Source of the DNA: the human T2T-CHM13v2.0 reference genome, Homo sapiens
Direction: 5' to 3' (one strand)
NCBI RefSeq assembly: GCF_009914755.1
Contig: NC_060925.1
Length of the DNA stretch: 64,000 nucleotides
The number at the start of each line of letters is the position of its first letter. Within the stretch, counting starts at the first letter, position 1. A program made the translations under genes and the position numbers. The notes beneath the pieces were generated by a model. That model did not search any database, was not told where the DNA came from, and saw nothing but the letters and a program-made list of their open reading frames with translations. Below, piece by piece: positions 33,354 through 52,941 of the stretch.

Positions 33354-35325
33354 TTATCTTGACAGGAGTAGCTGGTCCCAGTTACTCTAATTGCTATCAA
33401 AATGAGGGGAGAATACTCTCAGCTCTCCAACAGAAAACCTAAAGCCAGTCTCCTAATCATGAAATGTGGTATGTCATGACAAATAGTTAGGTGCCTAAAA
33501 CAAGGGCAGGCACTACCCAGAACATTTTAAAATATGATATTCATACCCTTTAAGAATTTTTATTCCCATGTGTTAGGATCTCTTCATTTGTAGCAGCTGA
33601 CTATCAGCTGGCATAGGACCCAAATCATGATCCTACTGCTCCAAGTAATTCACATACATCTCCAAGCAACAGCTGTGTAATCTTTATAGTATAGCTAAAA
33701 ATATAAAGTTCAAAACATTAAATGAATTTCATCTAACATTTAGGAATATGACTGAAAAAGAATACAGTTAATTCATGCTAAAGGAGTAACTTAGCAGAAG
33801 GCAACATTCAAAATGAGTAATCCAATTCATAAAAAATAAAAATGTTATGGGCTATATTTTAATTTTAGAAGTGTCCTCTTTTTTCCTCAAGATATGCAAT
33901 GTCTGCAACTGAACTTAAGCATTTTTTCTCATTATTATTTCCTTACTACTAAAGAGGATACCCTTTTGGTTAAAAATTTAGAAACTATAGTTTTCTCAGC
34001 ATCTTGACATAATTCTATAGCCTCTCACAATTTTTCTAATAACAAAGAAAGACTCTTCTGAAGCTGGCTTATTTTTTTATTCCTTGACTGACCTCATAAG
34101 CTGCTTAGCTGCAAAAGACTCATGATATCTTTAATACTCTACCCTGGAAATCCCATTGCTAGTGAGACAGACAGCTATGTCTAACACAAAGTACTCTTCA
34201 TTGAAAAACCGAATTTTCAGATATTTTCCCCCCTTAGTGATAACCAGGAATTTATATTTTACTTAGGGTAAGCCTGCCAGGCAAACCCACATGACTGATC
34301 CTTCTACGAGTCAGAACTAGCACTTAATCAGCAAAGAGTCAGGACTCAAGTTGAGTTTAGCCCTCTCTGGTTTTCAATGTCCTGATCTCTTAAACAAAAA
34401 GGTTCCTGAAATTACACCAGCCTTATTACAAAACTAGGAGGACCACATATAGCCATAGTAAAACTAAACAGCTTCTGATTAAGAAGGAGGAAGGGAAAAA
34501 AACTGGCTTCCAAAGTACTCTGTTCAAGTTTAACTATACTCCTCAAATAGCATTTAAATTATGAAACAATAATAAAAGACTAGAAATATTCTTCTCCAAT
34601 TATTAAGCCTGAAAAGAGTGATTTAGCATATATACATTGCTCTAAATCCATTGTAATGTTTCTATGAAGTTTTATTTATTCTAGAAATACACTTTGAAAA
34701 CTTGATTTTACAGATAGCCACAAAATAAAAACATCATAATCAGGCAACACAGGTACAACTTGGGCAGTGAAGGGTTAAAAACTACTGTTTATCTGCAGTT
34801 GGACAGTCTACTACTTACACACAGCTGACATCTTAAGACTTCAACCTTTCTTTAAATGTTCAAATGAAAATTAAAACATCTGACCAGTGGGATAAAAATG
34901 GCAACTAAATTGAACAAGTGGTCACAGCTGTTAGGTGTACTGTTTCTGTCATTCTGATGAGATCTAGGATAGAAGACTTCTAAATCCCCTTCCCACCTCT
35001 CCCCTTCTTTTGCCCATACTTTTTAAAAAGACAATAAAAGTCTTCAAGTCAAATACTGAACATCAATCCTACATGTAGGACGTATACCCAAAATAGCCTA
35101 TTATTTATGTTTCCATTCCGCCGTGAACCAAGTATTCTACCCATAGGAAAATATAAGAATTTAAACATTAATACCATATTAAATCATGAGTCTCCATGTT
35201 TCATAATGGTAGTGCCTTGGAACAAGGTCAATACTGAAATAAAATATAACCTAAAGTGGGAGATGTTAGACAAAATAGTCGTTATTCATCAAAAATGTCT
35301 ATGTTAAGACTGAGGAATTGTTCTA

Positions 35326-35757
<432 letters not shown>

Positions 35758-37436
35758 TTAATAGATGATGCATAAGGCCTACCGAAGGTCCATTCTAACA
35801 TCATATTCTACTGAGAGCTAGATCTGAAATCAACCTGTTTAACTTTTTATTTAAATCCTTACTTTCTAATCAATGACATTTTAAGAGTTTCTCTCCACTT
35901 AACTTTTTTTTTTTTTGGCAAATATTAATATTCTTTTCCAGTTCTATGCTTCTGTGTTACCGGAATCCTCACAAAACCTCTGCAGTCAGTATTCTTCACT
36001 CCTTTTTTAAGGTAAGGAGACAGTTAACATAAAGAACTGAAGAAACCTACCTTCTTCAGAGCACCCAGCTGGACCTAAAGCCACTTCCCAGTGTTTAACA
36101 CACTAATGACTCATGCATGTGGTAGAGTTCTTCCACTTACAAGAGGATTCCTATCCTTGCATACACACATATCAAAAATTTTTAATTATTACTTTAATCA
36201 TTTGGAAAGAGAATATAAAGTAAATTATATAATATCTTGCTGTTTTCTAAAAGATAATCTACCCAAGAGTGAAAAATAGAAGAAGAAAGTGAGAAAGAAG
36301 GAATGAAGGGAAAGAGAGTAAAGGGGGAAAGCACAAATACAGAGAGAGTGAAAAAAAAAGGAAAAGACAGAAAGTATATCGATAATTTAAAAAACTAAAA
36401 ATTCTAGATTAACATCAACTTGACTGGGTGAGGGGAGACCTCACCCAAGAACACAGAATGAAATAAAGTACCTATCTTATTAAAGAGAAGATAGTAACAT
36501 TACTGAGTTTTTTTAATCAACAGGAATAACCATCTCTATGTTTTAAGGGCAAATGGCTAAGAATACACACACACACACAAATGTATAACCTTTAAACCAG
36601 AGAAAGAAAATTCTATCCATCTATTGGAAAACAGGACAAAAAGGGATGGAAAAAAATAAAAGAATGGGAAAAGGTGTAAAAGACAAAGGAAAGCTGGAAT
36701 AGCAATCTTAACACCCAGTAAAATATAAAGACAAAATTATAGAAGAATGGCAGCTAACAAAAGAATAGAAATGGAAAATCACCATTTAAAACTACTATAA
36801 TAATATTTGATTCAGGCAAAAAAAAAAAATCAACGGGTGCTAAATCACTGAGTTAGGGAGTGTTAGTTATTCAGTTTCAAAGCATCACTCTACAGTCCAC
36901 TGAGTAATTAGAGAAAAGGATGTCTTTAAAATGGAGAGATCTGGTGGACACTACCTTAACAAAATAATCAAACTTAATTTCGCAATATTGGGAAAACTGC
37001 CATCAGGTGCCTCCAGATGATGGACTGAAAAGAACACATCACTAGGTAATACAATAAACAGTCCTGCCCAAAAATGTTTAGCCTGAATCCATTCATGCAA
37101 AAACAATGAAACAAATCCAAAATGAAACATATCAAAGAGAACAGATCTTTCACAAAACAACTGGCCTGGCCTCCTAAAAGTGGCAACATCAAGAAAGAAA
37201 AACAAAGCTAAAGAGAGACTGAAGAGACATGAAAATGAAATGTAATGGTAGAATCCTGAATGGAGAAAGAGGAAGGCTAAAGGGAGGACAGTAAGAAATA
37301 TCATTGGGAAATCTAAGAAAATCTGGGTATGGAAAGTATATTAGATGATATTCAATTTCCAGAGTATGATAACTGTACTGTGATTATGTAGGAGAATGCC
37401 TGTGTTATTCACACTGCGGAGTAAAGTGCTGTGACT

Positions 37437-38163
<727 letters not shown>

Positions 38164-38216
38164 TGTGACTTACTCTCAAATGGTGCACTCAACACACACG
38201 TAGAAAATGAGTAAGA

Positions 38217-38796
38217 CCGCTATTCGGGAGACGGAGGCCGGGAGGATCACTTGAGCCCAGGAGGTCAAGGTTGCAGTGAGCCATGTTGGTGCCATTGCAC
38301 TCCAGCCTGGGCAACAGTCAGACTCTGTCTAAAAAATAATAATAAATAAGAAAAAAAATAGATGCAGCTAAAGTAATGTTTAATGGGAAATTTATAGTTT
38401 TAAATCCTTATGTTAGGTTGGTGCAGAAGTAATTGTGGTTTTGCCACATTTAATGGCAAAAAACGCAATTACTTTTCCACCAACCTAATACAAAGGCCTA
38501 AAAGCAACGACCTAAGTGAGCTTCCTTCTTAAGTTAGAGAAGGCTGAGAATAGTAGCTCATGCCTGTGATCTGAGCACTTTGAGAAGCTGAGGTGGGAGG
38601 ATTGCTTGAGCCCAAGGGTTCAAGACCAGCCTGGGCAACAAGGTGAGACTCTATTTCTACAAAAAAATTAAAAAATTAGCCAGGCATGTGGTGTGCGCCC
38701 GGAGTCCCAGCTACTGGGGGAAATGAGGTGGGAGGATCATTTGGGCTCAAAACTGCAGTAAGCTGTGATCACAACACTGCACTGCAGCCTGGGAGA
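38217..38796 (+). repeat. AluJ 3' part - L1 ORF2 piece - AluJ block, paralogous to about 23630-24110
   Basis: Same Alu tail pattern and same Alu/L1 junctions (see findings). Confidence 0.8.
38413..38488. mobile_element. MADE1 MITE
   Basis: TTAGGTTGGTGCAGAAGTAATTG...CAATTACTTTTCCACCAACCTAA. Confidence 0.92.
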
Positions 38797-38989
38797 TTTA
38801 AGAGGAAAATATATAGCTTTAAACATTTACCAGGAAATAAAAAAGACTAAAAAAAAGAAAAAGAAAGAATATTAATTGGTAAAGCTATATGATGAGCAAA
38901 ATAATTTTCTTTGTAACATTCTTACAACATTCTTAAAGGTCTGAAATTTTTCCCCAAAAAAAGCAAATTAAAAGGGATTTAAAAATACA

Positions 38990-41250
<2,261 letters not shown>

Positions 41251-42467
41251 CTCAAAAGTTTAACTACACCGATGGCTCTTTATTATATAGCGCTTGAGAT
41301 ACATACTTTAAAGCTCCTAAATTATTAAAAGAATAACCCCTGAAATAAATTGAAATATGGTAATTTGCAGCTTCTATAAAATTACTTTTATTAATTTAAT
41401 AATTACACATTAACACTCAAAAATAGTCAATGAAAGTTAGAAAAAAGTGTACCTGCAAATATAACCGTGCTTTTCTCTTTCTCCAAAACTAAGCTCTGTT
41501 CATCTTTAAATTCAGTACTAGTATCAAACTTCCATTTCAAAAAGGAAAGGAACTGCTATGTTTATTCTACCACAGCCTCAAAATGTACAGAGGCATTCAT
41601 TACAGGCATGCTCTGGCTACCCAAGTGCTATGAGTCATGTTTATTTTCAAAGACAACACTTTGAAATCAATCAGAAGGACTGTGAAAAAGTACATTAAGA
41701 AAAACATTGGTATCTACCAAATGTAAAGTTTTCAAAATTAGACCATCAGCCAAGATACAAACTTGTAAAACTGAAATCACTACAAAGAATTTCACAAATT
41801 TAAGTAGCTAATGGCTATGGGTTTAAATGGTCAAAATAAAAATTGCTGATCACTTAGAATCAACCACAAGGAACAAAAAAAGTATGGTGAAATCACACAT
41901 GTGGTATAAAATTAATGAAATTATTACCCAGTAGCCTTTTGCATACCAGGTTTTCAGGGGTCACTCATTCTAAATCTTATTTATTCAAAACTTTTTGTGA
42001 GTGCTATAATTTCAACTAGAAACTTCTAATAAGCAAAAACTTGCATGTATGCCAAAGAATCTTTAATAACACTACACACTATGAGTAATAACACTGTCAT
42101 TCTACTAATTAAACTCAAATTTAAACAAGCTACTTTCAGTGGCAGACATAAAAACCAAAATTCCTTATCACTTTGACTTTGAAAATAACACTCTTAGGAG
42201 GTATTCTGGACATAATCAAAGTCCAGGCTCTCTCACTATTTTTATTCAGTGAAGTTATTACTGTTTCTCTTAACTTTGGAAAATGTCAATGACTTGCTGA
42301 GGGAGAACAGGCAGGCAGAGCTAAAGGAGGAAAATGAGGGCTTAATATAAATGGGGGTAAATAAATAGGTGGGAAAATATGCCCCAGACAGCTATTAAAC
42401 AAAGGGAGACTACTATTGTGTGCCTTATCCACTAGAAAAAAACAATATTTTAAAATTGTACAAATGT

Positions 42468-42838
<371 letters not shown>

Positions 42839-43289
42839 CTAGTAAAGAAATGCAAGTTAAATAAAACAAGATATCCTTTTAGACTTTGATACTTAGGAGA
42901 AAACAGTAATGTTAGAGTGGGAAAAGGGCATCCTCATACCTTGCTGATAAAAAAGCAAAGGCTCTTGTCCTTATGCATCAAGAACCTTTGAAACGTGAAT
43001 ATCCACTGACTCAGCAGATTACACTTCTGTAGGTTTCACTTAAAGCATGTAAAATGTTAAACTGAACTACATGATGATTGGAAATTCTGACAAGCGACTG
43101 GGTAAATACAATTGTAGATTGAATCTTAAGAAACTGCTGATATTCAACCACTTGTGAATAGAAAGACTAAGCAATTTTAAAATGATACATATCTACACTC
43201 GAAATTGACACCTTCTGATATTAAATAAGGGGGAAGGATACAAAACACTACTTTGGGGAGTGGGGGAGAGAAAAGACCAGTAAGAACAT

Positions 43290-43510
43290 AATATTTAGAA
43301 GTCAACTCGATGTCAGGCACTTTTAACATACATCGTCCTTAATTTCTTACCATCATTCTGTGATGTACAGTTACTCCCAGTTCATAGATTTGGAAGCAAG
43401 TCTCAGAGAAGTTACAAAAATTTAGGGAACTATTAAGAGGCAAGGCTAGAGTTCAAACCAGGCCTACCTATCTGACTACAATGTCCGAGTTATTTCCACT
43501 TCATCACACT
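43290..43510 (-). mobile_element. MIR
   Basis: CCCAGTTCATAGATTTGGAAGCAAGTCTCAGAGAAGTTA. Confidence 0.65.
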
Positions 43511-43577
43511 AATACATTCCTTTCTGAAGTGTATCAGAAATGATACTCCTTTAAATGCATGAGATAATAAAAATATT

Positions 43578-43948
43578 TGTTATGTGCTGAGCTGTGCCCC
43601 TCCAACACCCACCAAATTCACATGTGAAAATCCTTACCCCCATTACCTCAGAATGTGACTGTATTTGAAGACAGGGCCTTAAAGAGGTAACTGAGGTAAA
43701 CTGAGTATACAGGTGGGCCCTAATCCAATATGAATGGTGCCCTTATAAGAAGATTAGGACAGACACACACAGAGGGAAGATCACTGTGGACAGAGAAGGA
43801 GAGCCATCTGCAAGCCAAGAAAGAGGCTTCAGAAGGAACCAACCCTGCCAACACCTTGACCTTCTAGCCTTCAGAATTGTGAGGAAAGTACTGTTTAAGC
43901 CACTGGGTCTGTGGTATTTTGTCATGGCAGCCCTAGCAAACTACTACA
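43578..43948 (+). mobile_element. MLT1B-like solo LTR
   Basis: TGTTATGTGCTGAGCTGTG...TACCTCAGAATGTGACTGTATTTG...GGCAGCCCTAGCAAACTACTACA. Confidence 0.88.
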
Positions 43949-44093
43949 ACACTCTTACCTAAAAATACTGAACATCTTAAAAACCTAAACCTCACATTCC
44001 CCTTTTATTATTATTTTTTAATGTTCCTTTTGGATAGATTATGCTTAAAATACCAAAATGGAATTTTTCACAAATACTTTTAATGTTATATTA

Positions 44094-44522
<429 letters not shown>

Positions 44523-44531
44523 TCAACTTTT

Positions 44532-44858
<327 letters not shown>

Positions 44859-45099
44859 TCACAAAACTAGCCCTTCTCACACAAATCCAATAAAATAACT
44901 ACGTACAGCCCAAGGTCCTGAATAATGCAGCTGAGAGTGCCAGGCACACAGACCTGTGAAGGCCTCACCACAACAGCTCACCTTTTCCTCGGCAGAGTGG
45001 AGCAGAGTGTTTCTTACAAGTCCAACACTAAATAATAAATAATTTATAAATGCAGAGACTACAAACAAACAGAAGAGGACACTACAGCAGACTCTAGAT

Positions 45100-45320
45100 C
45101 AGGAGTGTGCAATCTTTTGGCTTCCCTGGGCCACACTGGAAGAAGTGACTTGGGCCACACGTAAAATACACTAACAACAACGACAGCTGATGAGCTTAAA
45201 AAAAACAAATCGCAAAACAAAAATCTCATGTTTTAAGAAAGTTTACGAATTTGTGTTGAGCCACATTCAAAGCCATCCTGGGCCACATGTGGCCCACAGG
45301 CCATGGGTTGGACAAGCTTG
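45100..45320. mobile_element. MER30 (hAT-Charlie MITE)
   Basis: CAGGAGTGTGCAATCTTTTGGCTTCCCTGGGCCAC...GGGTTGGACAAGCTTG; perfect 8-bp TSD CTCTAGAT. Confidence 0.93.
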
Positions 45321-46500
45321 CTCTAGATATAAGCACAATTTTGAAAGCCGAAAAGCAGATGGATTAGAGGTAACTGACTTAGTAGGCTGAAGAAAACAGA
45401 AACTGTCTAGCAGAATTACTGAGGGAATGTACCAAGAATAAAGCCTAGAAAAGTTCAGGAATCCAGAGCAGGGTGGGGGGCAAAAAAAAAAAAAAAAAAC
45501 ACCTGGTTGAAATTCTAGATACGGAGCCATTCATCGAAATCCCAGATATCATAACCCAAACAATGCCATCAGACACTCAGCCCATTACTCTGGGAAGTTT
45601 ACACAGGAGAGACTGTAAACAAAGGCATTCTGAGGGAGGTATGATGGGGATTAAATGCAAGCCTAAATACTGAATGATAACTTACCACCCACCCACCACC
45701 CTCCTTTTCCCCAATTCACCACAGAATTCTGGCAGTCAAGCTTAGACAGGAAAACAAAACAGCCTAAAAAAGAGAGACCTGGAGACACTGACAGCTGAGG
45801 GTCCCCACGGAAAGCCAGATTCACCAGTTCATCCCTCAGAGAGGAAGACCATGTCACAGGCCCATACCATGGAAAGACTTCCCAACTTGCTTTAAAAATA
45901 AAAACTTTTTTAAAAGCCTCAGGCTTAAGTCTGAACAGATAGGCAAGGAACATCAAACATTTAAGAAAACCTTTAATTTGAAAGATAGGAATCAAAACAG
46001 AGCAAGGGAAAAAAAGAAACAACGCAAGGAACAGAATCATAATATCCTCAAAGGGTCGAAAAAAAGATACGCATCCGTGAAATAAGAATGATTAAAAGAA
46101 ACATTCATAAAACAAAAGAAAAGCTTTTCAAATTAAAGACAGCAGAAACTTTAAATCCAATAAAGGAGTTGGAATATAAAAAACAGAAAAAAAAAAAAAA
46201 AAAAAGACAAAATCAGACAGCAAAGAGTAGATAAAAGAATTCAGAAGACCCAAAAACCCCCTAACAAGGAGTTCTCCCTTTTCAGAGTCCATTACCAAAG
46301 AAACAACTTTCTAAGCATTGAAGGGCATGTTTCTAAAATAAAAAGATCCATCAAGGGCACAGCACAACAGACTTTTTTTTTTTTTTAAACAAAGACTCAC
46401 ATTAAGAAATATCATTATAAAATTTCAGAACACCAGGAATAAGAGAAGATCCTAAAGGTTTCCAGAAAGAAAAAAACAGCTTTCTTATAAGGGTCTTGGA

Positions 46501-46856
<356 letters not shown>

Positions 46857-47620
46857 CTAGAAACAAGTCACTTGAGTAATGCCTTCAAAATTTTGAAGAA
46901 AAATAATTTCCAACCTTGACTTGTAAATACAGCCAAGTTATCTATCAAGAGTAGGCTCTAATAGATATTCTTAAATATTCTAAGTCTCAAAGAATTTGCT
47001 TCCCATGCTTTATTTCTAAGGGAGCTACAATGAAAAGCAACAGAATAAGGCTGAAAGAATTCCCATGAAAATGGTAAAAATCCCACTCCAGGAAGCAAGC
47101 CAAGAAGGCAATCAGTTCAACTGGAACACAAAGTTAGAGGTATCCAAAATAAAAAAAAAAGAAACTGAAAGATTACCTGATGTGTTTATTATATTAAAAG
47201 GAGAGTTAAACTTTAGTAGTATAGTCTGAGCTGAGTAAGTGATGAATGCATGGAAAACAAATAAACACAAAGATTCATTAAATCCAGCTAAAACAAAAAG
47301 CTGTTTCAAAAAAAAAAAGTAACCATATTAAAATAGTACACAGCATGGCTCCAATGTGAATAGTTATATAAACTTTGATTAACCAAAATTGGTTATATAA
47401 CCATATAGAGAAGATGGAAAGTATGCATCGTGGGGAGGAGAATGTAAAACAGCTAAACCACTATCTTCCATCATGGCAAGTCAAAAGATAAATCTAAAAT
47501 TGAAACAGTCAAAAAAGGTTAGTTTAAACACGTTATCTGGAAATTAAAAACTACCAAAGAAATATGTCAGTTGATAGTGGTTCCTCTTGAGAGCTGGATT
47601 CTAGCAGGAAAGGGAAAAAT

Positions 47621-47623
<3 letters not shown>

Positions 47624-47652
<29 letters not shown>

Positions 47653-47931
47653 GAGATGGAGTCTCTCTGTCGCCCAGGCTGGAATGCAGTGGCACGATCT
47701 TGGCTCACTGCAACATCCACCTCTCAGGTTCAAGTGGTTCTCATGCCCAGCCTCCTGAGTATCTGGGAGCACAGGCATGCGCCACCATCCCCAGCTAATT
47801 TTTTATATTTTTAGTAGAGACAGCGTTTTGCTATGTTGGCCAGGCTGGTCTGAACTCCTGGCCTCAAGTGATCCGCCTGCCTCAGCCTCCCAAAGTGCTG
47901 GGATTACAGGCATGAGCCACCGCGCCCGGCC
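47624..47931 (-). mobile_element. AluS
   Basis: Reverse-strand dimer with long T tract. Confidence 0.92.
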
Positions 47932-49168
47932 TACTTTTTTTATTAGCCTTGTAAAACTACATGACTATATAAATTATTAATATGTACATGTATACCACAT
48001 GATAAAAATTAAATTTTTAAATCATGCTCTAATTTTTTAAAACCATGCTTTAGAATAATATTTAATTACAGAGGAAAGTATTCACAGTATATTTAGGGGA
48101 AATCACATTATAGAACATTATGTTCAATAAAAAAAAAAAACTAGCATTGCCTAAAAACAAACAGGAAGTGTATGTACTAACGTGATTTTCTCTCAAGTAG
48201 TGACATTATTTTGATTTTCTTATGTAACTTTCAAATGTTTTATAATATGTACGCATTATTTTGTAATTTTAAAAGAAAATAAGAAAAGATAGAGAAGTTT
48301 ACTAGAGCTCAAAGATCAAACAATTAAAACAATATTGCTTTCTGTTCCAGTTAGTCTCTAGGACCTACTGTGGGGTTATAATAAATTTGTGATTTTATAA
48401 TTACTATAAAAATATTGGGGGATACTCTTAACATTTGGTAAGAAAAGAACGATAGGTCCCCAGTAAAAAAAATTCTTTTTTTTCCCAAGTATGCTTGCAT
48501 TTCATTCATCTTAAACTTCATACCAAGATTATGTGACTCAAGAGAGCTGACTTCCAATTTTAAAACTCTGGATGAAGGGGTCACAATCCAAACTTAAAAC
48601 TAACCAAATAAATGAACAAAAGAAAACCACTTACAACTTCTCCATGCCTAAACAGAACTAAAATTAAAAGAAAAAAAAGAAACAGCCAACAAAGTAGAGG
48701 AATTATTTACACCAATGGCGACATTTTAACGCTAGTACGATCAACCACTCCAAAAGCTGTATTTGGCCCACATACACGCTCAAGAAAAAACAAATAGCAG
48801 AATATTCACGACATTATAAGATCCAAAAACTGCAACCAATCCAAATGTCCATCAACCTTAGAATGAATAAACTAGTATTTCACACAATAGAATAAAATGA
48901 ATGATACAGATGAACGGCACAGATCTAACGTTAGGCCGAAAAAGGCAGATACAGAATATGTTCTATGTGATTCTATTCACATGAGTACAAAAGCAGGCAA
49001 AACTAATTGACGCTGTTCTGGGTCAGGTGGGGTTACTCTTTGGTGAAAGACTGTGACTAGAAGAGGGCATAAAGTGATGGTTACACATGTGTACTGAGTT
49101 GGTGCTATGTGCCCTTTTCTGTACATCTTATATTTCAATAAAAATTTCAAGTTGAAAAAAGATAATAG

Positions 49169-49745
<577 letters not shown>

Positions 49746-49749
49746 AAAA

Positions 49750-50590
49750 GATAATACTCAACGGCCAACAAGCACATGAAGAGATGCTGAACATTTTTAG
49801 TCATTAGGGAAATGAAAATAAAAAACCACAATGAAATCAAAAATCACACTCACTAGGATGGCTATCATAAAAAACAAAACACAAAAAATTTAAAAATAAT
49901 GTATTCGTGAGGATATGGAGAAATTAAAACCCTCATCCACTGCTGGTGAGAATGTGAAATCACACAGCCAACGGGGAAACCAGTTTGGCCAGTCCTCAAT
50001 GAGCTAAATGGAAAATTACCTATCATGTAACCCGGCCAATTCCACTCCTAGATATATGTCCGAAAAAACTGAAAACAGGTATTCAAATACTTATACATAA
50101 ATCTTCATAGCAGCTCTATTCACAAGAGCTAAATGGTGGAAATGACCCAATGTCCATCAAGAGATGAATAAATAATCAAAATGTGGTATATCCAAACGAT
50201 GGAATATTAGCCATAAAAAGGGAAGACGTACTGACACTGCTATGACACGGATGAACCCTGAAAACTTTATGCTTAGTCACAGAAGCCAGACACAAAAAGC
50301 CATGTACTATATAATTCCATTTACATGGAATGTCCAGAATAGGCAAATCCATGGAGACAGAAAGCAGATTCATGGCTGCCAGGGGTTGATGGGGAACAGG
50401 GATTGGGAAATGATTGCTTGGTGGGTACAAGGTTTTCCACTTAGGGTGATGAAAAAGTTCTGGAAGTAGATAGTGGCAATGGTTGCACAACACTGTGGAT
50501 TTATTTAATGCCACAGAATTGTACACTTTTAAATGGTTACCATGGTAAATTTTATGTTATCTGCATTTTCCCACAGCAAAAAAAATTTTC
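49750..50590 (+). mobile_element. L1MB-type 3' end
   Basis: GGCCAACAAGCACATGAAGAGATGCT...CCACAGAATTGTACACTTTTAAATGG. Confidence 0.85.
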
Positions 50591-51039
50591 AAAACAAAAA
50601 TAATACTTAATGCTGGCCAGGATACAGTAAACACTCTCTACACTTTGGTAATTGGAACATAAACTAAAGCTTTTGCCAAATATTCTGGCAATAAATACTA
50701 AATAATTCATATCTTTGCCCCAGTTTATATTTTGCCTTCTGAGGACCAACCGTAAGAAGCAAAAAAGTTTTATATCCAAAGTGCTCACTGTAATACTTAC
50801 AATAATGCAAAAAAAAGGGGGGGAGGAGGGATCTAAATGCCAAACTATTGGGGAATGGGTAAGTCAACCACGATACATTTACAAAATTAATTGTGTCAAC
50901 ACTAAAAATGTTTACTAAGGTATGAAATGAAGAATGTTTATATTATGAAGCAAATATTAAAACAGCAGAATACAAATTCTAAAAATACAAGCCAAAGTAT
51001 ACATCTACAAAGACTCAGTATGTGTCCTATGGTTTTGCT

Positions 51040-51445
51040 ACGGACACTATTTTCTTCCTACTTTCTGTCCCTTGAACAAAGCAAGCTCATTTTCATTGCA
51101 AGGCCTTTGGACCTCTTCTGCTTAGAGTACTCTTTTCCCTGCTCTCCAATGACTGCCTCCTCATCTTTCAGAGCAACTCAAACGTCCCTCCCTAAGAAGC
51201 CTTCCGTGACCACCCCAACCAAGTTAGGCCTTGCCTTCACCACCCATCTTTTCTCACTACACATTTTATCTTTTTCACACTTACTGAGAATAACAGACTT
51301 ATTGGTACATCCTTCTCCTCCATTCAGCTACCAGAATGTAAGCCCCCTGGGTACATGACTTGTTTAACACCATTTCCCCAGGGCAGAGAACAGTGCCTGG
51401 TGGTAATAATAAATATTTGTGAAGATAATAAATATTTGTTGATTA
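51040..51445 (+). mobile_element. L2 3' end
   Basis: AGAATGTAAGCCCCCTGGG...AGAACAGTGCCTGG...AATAAATATTTGTTGA. Confidence 0.75.
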
Positions 51446-51704
51446 ACTTGTTCCTTCTACTTTTTCAGTTTGTCAATTTTATGTGTAATAAGCACATATT
51501 TTATTTTTAACACTATTTTTAAATATACAACTAGATCAACAAACAACACTTATTGAACCAAAGAAAATGTGTAACTTTGCTAGATATTTTCTGAGAACAA
51601 AGCAAAGGTCTGGTTCAGCCATAACAACAAAAATAACTAATTATAAACTCTTCCTAATAAGGGATAATGCTCTACTACACCTTATAGCATATTTTATTAT
51701 TAAA

Positions 51705-52797
<1,093 letters not shown>

Positions 52798-52941
52798 CCA
52801 CATTTACCTATTTTCACTCAGAAACCTGTCTCAAATTTCCGATTCCATAAGGTAAGTAACCCTTCCTCCAACACCAATCCTACCTCTATTCCACAACCTC
52901 AATACCCTTCTCCATACACAAATCCTTAAGAGTAATACTTT

